Assembly (NCBI GenBank): GCA_005240065.1
Contig: SBBG01000024.1
Coordinates: 1 to 58,106, forward strand
Direction: 5' to 3'
DNA length: 58,106 bases
Source: Gammaproteobacteria bacterium
GTDB taxonomy: Bacteria; Pseudomonadota; Gammaproteobacteria; Ga0077554; Ga007554
How positions within the stretch are numbered: the first letter of the stretch is position 1; every line of letters begins with the position of its first letter. The translations under genes and the position numbers were made by a program. Below, piece after piece: positions 1 to 7,773 of this stretch. The notes beneath the pieces were generated by a model, which was given only the letters and a program-made list of their open reading frames with translations, did not search any database and was not told the origin of the DNA.

Positions 1-1137
1 ACCATACCCGGCCACCCACATCGCCGGCGGCGTAAACCCGCTGCCCGTCGAGAGCGACACGTAAACCCCGGCATCACCAAAACCAACTACATCCTGCTTG
101 CCGTCGCCGTTGACATCGGCCATCATGCGCGGATGATAGTTGACCGACCAGCCTCCTGCGCTTTGACCATAGCCCACTACCCCGACCTGGGGCGCAAAAA
201 ATCCATTGCCACTCACTTGCCATTGAAAAGCAGTCGTCCCCAAACACACCCATGTTCCATCAAACCCGCACTCCTGCACCCCCACCACCCGCGACCGCCC
301 CGTCGCCGCACTGGCGTCATAGGTCAACCGATACTCCCGCACCACCCCCGCCCCCAGCCAGCTCTGTACCCGATTCAGCCGCACCGCCGTCTGCGTCTTC
401 ACCCCGCCGACATAAGCCGTCTCGACATCCGGCCGCCCCTCATAGCCGAACACCACCGCCCGGTTGGCGGCGAGTCCCGTGCTGGCGTTGCCGGTGTAGT
501 CGATGCGCTGGGGAGTGTGTTCGCCGGTGGCGGGGTTTTTGTTGTAGGTGACAGCGAGGTAGTTGCCGGATCTGTCCTGCACCTGGTTCATGGCCCAACT
601 GATGACGGCGGCGCTGGCGCCCTGCTGGCGGGCGTTGTCGGTGGCGCCGTAGTCGATGATCTGGCCGGTCTTGGTCCAGGCGCGGTAGCCGCCGTTGTAG
701 GGCGCGATGCGGGTGTAGGTTTCGATTTCGGTGCGGTATTCGCTGGCGGCCCAGTAGCTGCTGCCATCGAGGGGGACGAGGCGCTGGCCGTCGAGGCAGA
801 GGCGGTCGTTGGCGTCGAGGTTGACGCCGCCTTTGTAGCCGTCCTGCTCGATGGTCGCGCCGCAGCGGTGGATGGCGGACAGGCCGGCGAGATTCCAGCC
901 CATGCCGGCCAGGCCGTTGCCGCCCTGGCTGTTGTAGGCGAGCGCGAGGGCGGGCTGCATGCCGTTGACGCCGGGAGGGAGGGTCAGCGGGAGGGTGTAG
1001 GTGGCGGCGCCGGTGGGGCCGACGGCGAAGCTGCCGGCGGTGGCGCCGACGTTGCTGGTGGCGGCGAGGGCGGACGGGGCGAGGACGGACAGGAAAAGTA
1101 ACGGGAGCAGTCGCGGCGTTTGGGTGATGGTGCGCAT
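1..1137 (-). CDS. Secreted SpvB/TcdB-type toxin-complex B-subunit-like (Rhs-family) protein, N-terminal 379 codons; remainder lies beyond the window start
   Basis: Not in the ORF track because it runs off the edge. The minus frame ending at nt 1 has no stop from ATG 1137 to nt 1. Translation: MRTITQTPRLLPLLFLSVLAPSALA/ATS (Sec-type signal), then an SpvB-domain signature TYTLPLTLPPGVNGMQPALALAYNSQGGNGLAGMGWNLAGLSAIHRCG, then an FG-GAP/VCBS-like DVNGDGKQDVVGFGDAGVYVS. Confidence 0.8.
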   Translation of the reverse strand, partial: MRTITQTPRLLPLLFLSVLAPSALAATSNVGATAGSFAVGPTGAATYTLPLTLPPGVNGMQPALALAYNSQGGNGLAGMGWNLAGLSAIHRCGATIEQDGYKGGVNLDANDRLCLDGQRLVPLDGSSYWAASEYRTEIETYTRIAPYNGGYRAWTKTGQIIDYGATDNARQQGASAAVISWAMNQVQDRSGNYLAVTYNKNPATGEHTPQRIDYTGNASTGLAANRAVVFGYEGRPDVETAYVGGVKTQTAVRLNRVQSWLGAGVVREYRLTYDASAATGRSRVVGVQECGFDGTWVCLGTTAFQWQVSGNGFFAPQVGVVGYGQSAGGWSVNYHPRMMADVNGDGKQDVVGFGDAGVYVSLSTGSGFTPPAMWVAGYG

Positions 1138-1291
1138 GGCGCACCCTGCGAAGCAGCTAAACCGCGCGAGTGCGCGCACGATGGTTGTTGTTCTGTTGAA
1201 CATGTTTTTACCCCGCCCCCAGCCCGGTGCTCTTTCTCGTGGGGAAAGATCCGGGTTATGGTTTTGTTCGTGGTTGTTGGTTGTTTCTGGC

Positions 1292-1350
1292 GGCCTTGGC
1301 CCTCACCCGCAAGCGGGATAGGGGGCCCAAGCGGGATAGGGGGCCTTGGC
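1292..1350. repeat. Degenerate REP-B copy (CCCTCACCCGCAAGCGGGATAGGG) with a tandemly duplicated right arm (2x AAGCGGGATAGGGGGCC), flanked by GGCCTTGGC
   Basis: Read directly from the sequence. Related to the perfect REP-B palindromes at 32004-32039 and 44766-44791. Confidence 0.7.
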
Positions 1351-1450
1351 TGCGCCGTCATGCAGGGGATAAAAAACATGAGGCGAAATGTTTGTCAAAA
1401 AACTTTTATTTCGCTAACCTGGGACAGGGAAAAACGTCTCCCCTGCCCCG

Positions 1451-3475
1451 TCAACCTGCCTGCGCCTCCTGCCCGCCCAACCCGTATTTCCTGATCCGGT
1501 CAATTTCGTCCCGCAGCCGCGCCGCCTCTTCGAACTCCAGGTCGCGGGCGTGTTTGTACATCTGCTGTTCGAGTTTTTTGATCTTTTGCATCAGCTTCTG
1601 CGGCGACAGGGCGGCGTATTCGATGACTTCTTCGGCGACCTTGGCGTATTGCCTGGGTGTGACGGGTCCGCCCGCATGGGCGCCTTCCATGATGTCGGCG
1701 ACGGCCTTTTCCACGCCGCGCGGGGTAATGCCGTGCGCGGTGTTGTGGGCGATCTGCTTGTTGCGGCGGCGCTCGGTTTCGTCGAGGGCGCGTTGCATCG
1801 AGCCGGTGATTCTATCGGCATACAGTATCGCCCTGCCGTGCAGATTGCGCGCGGCGCGGCCGATGGTCTGGATCAGGGAGCGCTCGGAGCGCAGGAAACC
1901 TTCCTTGTCGGCGTCGAGGATGGCAACCAGCGACACTTCGGGAATGTCCAACCCCTCGCGCAACAGATTGATGCCCACCAGCGCATCGAACTTACCCAGA
2001 CGCAGGTCGCGGATGATCTCGACGCGCTCCACGGTATCGATGTCAGAATGCAGGTAGCGCACCCGCACGCCATGATCGGCGAAGTAGTCGGTCAGGTCTT
2101 CGGCCATGCGTTTGGTGAGCGTGGTCACCAGCACACGCTGGTTGAGCTCGGCGCGCCTTTTGACTTCCGACAGCAGGTCGTCGACTTGCGTTGCGACAGG
2201 GCGGATCTCCACCTCCGGGTCCACCAGACCGGTGGGGCGCACCACCTGCTCGACCACCGCGCCGGAGTGCTGTATCTCGTAAGGGCCGGGCGTCGCCGAG
2301 ACGAAAATGGCCTGGGGAGCGAGGCGCTCGAACTCCTCGAAACGCAGCGGGCGGTTGTCCAGCGCCGAGGGCAGGCGGAAACCGTATTCCACCAGCGTCT
2401 CCTTGCGTGAACGGTCGCCCTTGTACATCGCACCGAGCTGCGGGATGGTGACGTGGCTTTCGTCGATCACCAGCAGCGCGCCATTGGGCAGATAGTCGAA
2501 CAAGGTAGGCGGCGGCTCGCCGGCCTTGCGGCCGGACAGATAACGCGAGTAGTTTTCGATGCCGGAGCAATAGCCCAGCTCCATGATCATTTCGATGTCG
2601 AAGCGCGTGCGCTGCTCCAGGCGTTGCGCCTCGACCAGTTTGTTCGCACCGTAAAGATACTCCAGCCGTTCGCGCAGCTCCTCCTTGATGTGCTCGATGG
2701 CGTCGAGCAAGGTCTGGCGCGGCGTCACGTAATGGCTCTTGGGGAAAATAGTCACCCTGGGGATGCGACGCAGGATTTCGCCGGTGAGCGGGTCGAACCA
2801 GGCGAGCGATTCGATCTCGTCGTCGAACAACTCGACACGCACCGCCTCGCGCTCGGACTCCGCCGGGAAAATGTCGATCACCTCGCCGCGCACGCGGTAG
2901 GTGGCGCGGTGCAGCTCCATGTCATTGCGCGTGTATTGCAGCTCGGCGAGGCGGCGCAGCATGTCGCGCTGATTGATGGTGTCGCCGCGCACCAGGTGCA
3001 ACACCATGCTGTGATACGACTCGGGATCGCCCAGACCGTAGATCGCCGACACCGTGGCAACGATGATGCTGTCGCGCCGCTCCAGCAGCGCCTTGGTGGC
3101 CGACAAGCGCATTTGCTCGATATGCTCGTTGATCGAGGAGTCCTTCTCGATATAGGTGTCCGAAGCCGGCACATAGGCCTCGGGCTGATAATAATCGTAA
3201 TAGGAGACGAAATACTCCACTGCATTGCCGGGGAAGAATTCGCGCATTTCGCCATAGAGCTGGGCGGCCAGGGTCTTGTTGGGGGCCAGAATGATCGTCG
3301 GCCGCTGCACGGCCTGGATGACATTGGCGATGGTGAAGGTCTTGCCGGAGCCGGTCACTCCGAGCAGCGTCTGGTGCGCCAGACCGGATTGCAGCCCGTC
3401 GACCAAGGCGTGGATCGCGCCCGGCTGGTCGCCGGCGGGTTGCATGGGAACGGAAATGCGGAAAGTTTTGCTCAT
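1451..3475 (-). CDS. uvrB: Excinuclease ABC subunit B
   Basis: ORF 1451..3502. Walker [11 protein letters not shown], helicase motifs, C-terminal UVR motif [16 protein letters not shown] at 3475 (MSKTFRI...) matches canonical UvrB N-termini better than the TTG at 3502. Confidence 0.95.
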   Translation of the reverse strand: MSKTFRISVPMQPAGDQPGAIHALVDGLQSGLAHQTLLGVTGSGKTFTIANVIQAVQRPTIILAPNKTLAAQLYGEMREFFPGNAVEYFVSYYDYYQPEAYVPASDTYIEKDSSINEHIEQMRLSATKALLERRDSIIVATVSAIYGLGDPESYHSMVLHLVRGDTINQRDMLRRLAELQYTRNDMELHRATYRVRGEVIDIFPAESEREAVRVELFDDEIESLAWFDPLTGEILRRIPRVTIFPKSHYVTPRQTLLDAIEHIKEELRERLEYLYGANKLVEAQRLEQRTRFDIEMIMELGYCSGIENYSRYLSGRKAGEPPPTLFDYLPNGALLVIDESHVTIPQLGAMYKGDRSRKETLVEYGFRLPSALDNRPLRFEEFERLAPQAIFVSATPGPYEIQHSGAVVEQVVRPTGLVDPEVEIRPVATQVDDLLSEVKRRAELNQRVLVTTLTKRMAEDLTDYFADHGVRVRYLHSDIDTVERVEIIRDLRLGKFDALVGINLLREGLDIPEVSLVAILDADKEGFLRSERSLIQTIGRAARNLHGRAILYADRITGSMQRALDETERRRNKQIAHNTAHGITPRGVEKAVADIMEGAHAGGPVTPRQYAKVAEEVIEYAALSPQKLMQKIKKLEQQMYKHARDLEFEEAARLRDEIDRIRKYGLGGQEAQAG

Positions 3476-3547
3476 GGGGATTTTGGTCAAGGCGCTATTC
3501 AAGTATTATTACGGGCTGCGATTTTGATCATTTCGGGGCTATTTGGC

Positions 3548-4735
3548 TTGAACATACGACTTTCCGACCGCGTCCAGCGCATCAAACCCTCGCCGACCCT
3601 GGCCGTCACCGCGCGCGCGGCGCAATTGAAGGCGGCGGGGCGCGACATTATCGGCCTGGGAGCCGGCGAACCCGATTTCGATACGCCGGAACACATCAAG
3701 CAGGCCGCCATCCAGGCGATTCACAACGGCTTCACCAAATACACCGCCGTCGATGGCATTCCCGGCTTGAAAAAGGCCATTATAGCCAAATTCGCCCGCG
3801 ACAACGGCCTAAGCTACGCGCCGAACCAAATTCTGGTGTCGTGCGGCGGCAAGCAAAGCTTCTATAACCTGGCCCAGGCACTGCTCAACCCCGGCGACGA
3901 GGTGATCATCCCCGCGCCCTACTGGGTGTCCTACCCGGACATGGTGCTGCTCGCCGATGGCCGGCCGGTGATCGTCTACGCCGGCATCGAACAAGGCTTC
4001 AAGATCACTCCCGAGCAACTGCGCGCCGCCATCACGCCCAAGACCCGGCTATTCGTCATCAACAGCCCTTCCAACCCCACCGGCGTGGCCTACACCCGCG
4101 CCGAACTGGAAGCGCTGGGCGCGGTGCTGCGCGATCATCCGCAGGTGCTGATCGCCAATGACGACATGTACGAGCACATCCTGTGGAGCGAGGAACCGTT
4201 CTGCAATATCCTCAACGCCTGCCCGGACCTCTACGAGCGCACTATCGCGCTCAATGGCGTGTCCAAAGCCTACTCCATGACCGGCTGGCGCATCGGCTAC
4301 GCCGCCGGCCCCGTGCCGCTCATCGAGGCCATGACCAACATCCAGTCGCAAAGCACCTCCAACCCCACCTCGATTTCACAGGTGGCGGCGCAGGCCGCGC
4401 TGGAAGGCAACCAGTCATGTATCCAGAACATGCTCGCCGCTTTCAAGGAACGCCATGATTTCGTGGTAGCCGAACTCAACACGATCAATGGGGTCAAGTG
4501 CCTGCCCTCGCAAGGGGCGTTTTACGCTTTCGCGCACATGCAAGGCGTGATCGATGCGACAGGCGTGGCTGACGACGTGGCGCTGGGAGAATATCTGATC
4601 AACGAAACCGGCGTGGCACTGGTGCCCGGCTCCGCTTTCGGCGCGCCGGGCTACATGCGCCTGTCCTTCGCCACGCACATGGACAATCTGCGCGAGGCGC
4701 TGCGAAGATTGAAGGAACTGCTGAACAAGCCCTGA
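3548..4735 (+). CDS. Class I PLP-dependent aspartate/aromatic aminotransferase
   Basis: 3' part of ORF 2453..4735. Homology starts at NIRLSDRVQRIKPSPTLAV. Motifs NSPSNPTG and SKAYSMTGWRIGY (PLP lysine). TTG start at 3548 is inferred; the upstream part of the ORF is antisense to uvrB. Confidence 0.85.
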   Translation: MNIRLSDRVQRIKPSPTLAVTARAAQLKAAGRDIIGLGAGEPDFDTPEHIKQAAIQAIHNGFTKYTAVDGIPGLKKAIIAKFARDNGLSYAPNQILVSCGGKQSFYNLAQALLNPGDEVIIPAPYWVSYPDMVLLADGRPVIVYAGIEQGFKITPEQLRAAITPKTRLFVINSPSNPTGVAYTRAELEALGAVLRDHPQVLIANDDMYEHILWSEEPFCNILNACPDLYERTIALNGVSKAYSMTGWRIGYAAGPVPLIEAMTNIQSQSTSNPTSISQVAAQAALEGNQSCIQNMLAAFKERHDFVVAELNTINGVKCLPSQGAFYAFAHMQGVIDATGVADDVALGEYLINETGVALVPGSAFGAPGYMRLSFATHMDNLREALRRLKELLNKP

Positions 4736-4748
4736 TCAAGCGTAATGT

Positions 4749-4805
4749 GTAGGGTGCGCCGTGCGCACCATTACTTTAAAAACCAGTGCGCATGGCGCAC
4801 CCTAC
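4749..4805. repeat. REP-A inverted pair (GTAGGGTGCGCCGTGCGCACC ... GTGCGCATGGCGCACCCTAC)
   Basis: Two 20-21 nt units in inverted orientation, and each unit is itself a hairpin (GGTGCGC-N3-GCGCACC). Lies between the convergent aminotransferase and hpf-like genes. Confidence 0.9.
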
Positions 4806-4831
4806 ATTTTTCATAGCCGCGAACGCGACCA

Positions 4832-5179
4832 TCACCATGCGTGCGTCTTGACATCGCCGCGCTGACGTCGCGAGTAGTCTTCCAGTTGGCGCTCAGCGGC
4901 ATCAAAGGCGTCGCGCACCGCCACATAGGCATCTTCATGTGCGTGATGCTCATCCGCCTTGCGGCTGGCCACGATTTCATCCTGCGGCACGGTCAGATCC
5001 ACCCGCACATGATAGAGATTGCCCTTGTGATGATGCCGGTGATGCAACTCGACCATGACACGGCAACTCATGATCCTGTCGTAAAACTCATCCAGCTTGG
5101 CCGCCCTCTCGCGGATATAGGCTTCCAACTGCTCCGATGGCGACATATTACGGAAAGTGACTTGCAGCGGTAGTTGCAT
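4832..5179 (-). CDS. HPF/RaiA-family ribosome-associated (hibernation) protein, short form
   Basis: ORF 115 aa. Its N-terminal pattern MQLPLQVTFRNM...LEAYIRERAAKLDEFYDRIMSCRVMVE resembles the S30AE/sigma-54 modulation protein family. Confidence 0.7.
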   Translation of the reverse strand: MQLPLQVTFRNMSPSEQLEAYIRERAAKLDEFYDRIMSCRVMVELHHRHHHKGNLYHVRVDLTVPQDEIVASRKADEHHAHEDAYVAVRDAFDAAERQLEDYSRRQRGDVKTHAW

Positions 5180-5219
5180 GATCTGCTCCTTAAATTTGTC
5201 GTGTAGAAATGCAGTAAAT

Positions 5220-5253
5220 GTAGGGTGGGTTAGCGCTTTTTGCGTAACCCACC
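5220..5253. repeat. Solo REP-A-like variant hairpin (GTAGGGTGGGTTAGCG-TTTTT-GCGTAACCCACC)
   Basis: Seen directly. Lies between the dksA-like stop and the hpf-like start. Confidence 0.75.
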
Positions 5254-5260
5254 GAGCGTC

Positions 5261-5656
5261 CTAAAGTTTCGGCCGCCCCTCCTCCGCAAATCCCTGTTCA
5301 TGCCGCTGCTGGCAGGAATAGCAACGCTGGGCGGTGGGATAGGCGGACAGCCGTTCATATCCGACTTCCCCGCCACAATCGGCACAGATGCCATAGACAC
5401 CGGTGGCGATGCGTTGCAGCGCCTCCTCGACATCGCGGATTTCGTTGACGTGACGGTCGATCAACGCAATATCCAGATCCGACAGCAAATCGGCGACAGA
5501 CTCTTCGCCGGTATCATGGACGGCGGTCGCCAGATCGAGGTAATGCTGCTCGTCCGAGCGCAGCAGTTCCTGGCGGATTTGCTCTCGCAACTCGGCATGG
5601 CGCGCGCGCAATCGTTTACGGATGTCCGCGATTTGTTGTTCAGATAAAGAGTTCAT
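5261..5656 (-). CDS. DksA/TraR-family C4 zinc-finger protein
   Basis: ORF 131 aa. Coiled-coil N-terminus followed by CADCGGEVGYERLSAYPTAQRCYSC (CxxC-N17-CxxC). Confidence 0.8.
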   Translation of the reverse strand: MNSLSEQQIADIRKRLRARHAELREQIRQELLRSDEQHYLDLATAVHDTGEESVADLLSDLDIALIDRHVNEIRDVEEALQRIATGVYGICADCGGEVGYERLSAYPTAQRCYSCQQRHEQGFAEEGRPKL

Positions 5657-5754
5657 ATTATTTCTCCTCGCCGGCTATCTTCTTCCATTTCCATTTCCTT
5701 CAAGGAAACTATACCCACGAAGCGAATTCAAAGAAAGTCAATTGAGCGGCTTGT

Positions 5755-5768
5755 TTGATATAGATCAA
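5755..5768. promoter_or_regulatory. Perfect FNR/CRP-family box TTGATATAGATCAA (extended dyad GTTTGATATAGATCAAAC, 5753-5770)
   Basis: Exact match to TTGAT-N4-ATCAA in the divergent dksA-like / fimT-like intergenic region. About 60.5 bp upstream of the start site predicted from a minus-strand TATAGT (5713-5708). Confidence 0.6.
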
Positions 5769-5772
5769 ACTT

Positions 5773-5812
5773 GGGGCGCTTCTAAAAATCAGCAAATTTT
5801 TAGAAGCGCCCC
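5773..5812. mobile_element. Minimal MITE-C hairpin: the two type-1 terminal repeats only (GGGGCGCTTCTAAAAAT-CAGCAA-ATTTTTAGAAGCGCCCC)
   Basis: 17-bp perfect arms. The arms match the termini of the 149-bp element at 57819-57967. Confidence 0.8.
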
Positions 5813-5942
5813 TTGGGAGATCTTGATCGGTCATCCCCTGGCCGATGTATACTTGGGGTTTTCCGGGAATGGCGTTTTCCGTGCGGGAAAGCGCGCCAAG
5901 GATGGGAGAACGTCGAAAAAGACTCTCATCACGGGGAAAACT

Positions 5943-6506
5943 ATGAAAAACAACCAACTTTCATCTCCGGCACTCCACCGCCGGATGTCCGCCTTCACGC
6001 TGACGGAAACCCTGGTTGTTCTGGCGATCGTAGCCATCATCGCGACGATCGCCTCGCCGTCGCTGCAAAACCTTCTCATGGACAACCGCATGACGACGCG
6101 CGTCAATGATTTCGTGACACATCTGAATCTGGCGCGTAGCGAAGCCATTCATCGCCATCAGCGAGTAGTGCTTTGCCCCAGCGCCGATCAGACGAACTGC
6201 GCTTCAGGCTCGGACTGGCATGCGGGATGGATAATCTTTGTCGATAACAACACGAACAGAACGCACGAGAATAACGAGGAGATACTGCGCATGGAAACCG
6301 CGCAACATCAAGGTTTCAAAATCACCTCGGGCAATCATCACCCTGTCGTCTTCCAGCCGGAGGGCGGTTCAGGCGGCGCCAATGACACTTTCACCTTCTG
6401 CGACACGCGGGGCGCCGCCAAGGCCAGGGCCATCGTCTTGTCGAACACGGGCCGCGCCCGCATTGCGGATAAGAGGCCGGGAGGTAAAGCCTTGGTTTGC
6501 ACCTGA
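5943..6506 (+). CDS. GspH/FimT-family type IV minor (pseudo)pilin
   Basis: 3' part of ORF 5622..6506. Prepilin-like N-terminus MKNNQLSSPALHRRMSA/FTLTETLVVLAIVAIIATIA with Glu at +5. GGGGA lies upstream of ATG 5943. Confidence 0.75.
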   Translation: MKNNQLSSPALHRRMSAFTLTETLVVLAIVAIIATIASPSLQNLLMDNRMTTRVNDFVTHLNLARSEAIHRHQRVVLCPSADQTNCASGSDWHAGWIIFVDNNTNRTHENNEEILRMETAQHQGFKITSGNHHPVVFQPEGGSGGANDTFTFCDTRGAAKARAIVLSNTGRARIADKRPGGKALVCT

Positions 6507-6521
6507 CATGAATCAGACCAC

Positions 6522-7718
6522 CTATGCCGTTTTCCTTATCGCATGTTCTTGCTGTTGTGCATTCATGAAGTCCAGCAACCGCTCCTTGTTTTTCATGGCG
6601 TCCTGATAGCCCAACTCGATCAGCTCGCGGCAATAACTCTTATCGAATAGCAGGTAGCTCACCAGACTCGATCCGCTGCGGTTGATGGCGCCGATACCGC
6701 GTAACAGGAAACGCACCGCGCGTGGCATGTGATGGGCGTGGCGTTCCGCTATTTTCGCCAGATCCTGGCTGGGTGAAACCGCCATGACATCGACCGGCCG
6801 CAACGCGACGCCAGCTTCCGTCAGATACTGCGCCGGAATCATTTTGAGCACGTTGTTGACGCGTTGCAACCGCTCCAGATCGACTTCCAGGCTGTCGAGA
6901 AAGATACTGTTCAGTACATGGCCGGCGATTTGCGCCAACGAGGGATAGTCCTGTGCCTTGACCCGTGGCGGCTGTTCCTCGGATTCCTGGCGCACGCCAA
7001 TCACCAGGATGCGATCGGCGCCCAGGTGCAACGCCGGGCTGAGCGGCGCGACTTGGCGCATGGAGCCGTCGCCAAAATACTCGCGATTGACCTTCACCGC
7101 GGAAAAGATGAAGGGGATGGCGCTCGACGCCATCAGGTGATCGATAGTGATCTCTGTCGCGCTCCCGACCCGTCGCGCCCGCTTCCATGGGGTCAGCGAG
7201 TCCGTTCCCTGAAAAAAGGTCACGGATTGTCCCGTGGTATAGCCGGAAGCCGTAACGCTAAACGCATGCAATGCTCCGGCGTTTATGGAATCCTGTATCT
7301 TTTCGCACGGCAGATAGCGGTTGAGCAGATGATACAGCGGCGCTCGATCCAGCAAGGAACGCGGATTGTGTTTGCCCAATCCGCCTGACAACAAGGCCGA
7401 GACCCAGTGTACGCCGCTGCGCAGGATACCGATGGCATCGGCCCGATAGACTTGGTTGACCTGGAAATTGTTCCAGATCAGGGACAGCCTCCGCACTCCT
7501 TCCTGGAAACGGGTGGCATGGATCGCCAGCGCTGCGCCGTTGATGGCGCCGGCCGAGGTACCGCAGATGATGGGAAAGGGGTTATTCGATTTCTCAGGTA
7601 ACAGCTCAGCGATCGCCTTGAGGACGCCGACCTGGTAAGCCGCACGCGCGCCACCGCCGGACATGATCAAGGCTAATTTGGGACGATTCGACAAGGCATG
7701 TTTCGCTTCATTAGCCAT
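6522..7718 (-). CDS. Patatin-like phospholipase
   Basis: ORF 398 aa. Oxyanion motif SGGGARAAYQVG, nucleophile elbow GTSAG, catalytic Asp in FGDGS. Confidence 0.85.
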   Translation of the reverse strand: MANEAKHALSNRPKLALIMSGGGARAAYQVGVLKAIAELLPEKSNNPFPIICGTSAGAINGAALAIHATRFQEGVRRLSLIWNNFQVNQVYRADAIGILRSGVHWVSALLSGGLGKHNPRSLLDRAPLYHLLNRYLPCEKIQDSINAGALHAFSVTASGYTTGQSVTFFQGTDSLTPWKRARRVGSATEITIDHLMASSAIPFIFSAVKVNREYFGDGSMRQVAPLSPALHLGADRILVIGVRQESEEQPPRVKAQDYPSLAQIAGHVLNSIFLDSLEVDLERLQRVNNVLKMIPAQYLTEAGVALRPVDVMAVSPSQDLAKIAERHAHHMPRAVRFLLRGIGAINRSGSSLVSYLLFDKSYCRELIELGYQDAMKNKERLLDFMNAQQQEHAIRKTA

Positions 7719-7773
7719 ACCTGATATATCGGCCAGGAAGCGGATTTTTGGAGAAAAAAATGATGCCTGTAGG

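Noticed and set aside
133-1144. Listed ORFs 133..1101 (+, 322 aa) and 440..1144 (-, 234 aa)
   Set aside because: Both are Arg/Pro/Gly/Ala-rich and low-complexity. They overlap, out of frame, the SpvB/TcB-like gene, which has clear family motifs. They are GC-driven artefacts.
2453-3547. 5' two-thirds of the 760-aa ORF 2453..4735 (+)
   Set aside because: It is antisense to uvrB and has no protein-like features. Aminotransferase homology begins only near 3548. The long open frame is read-through in GC-rich DNA.
6522-7718. Patatin-like phospholipase as an effector of a CBASS-type or other defence system
   Set aside because: No cyclase, nucleotidyltransferase, sensor or other defence-associated gene flanks it. 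Its neighbours are a minor pilin gene and a P-type ATPase. It looks like a stand-alone lipase.
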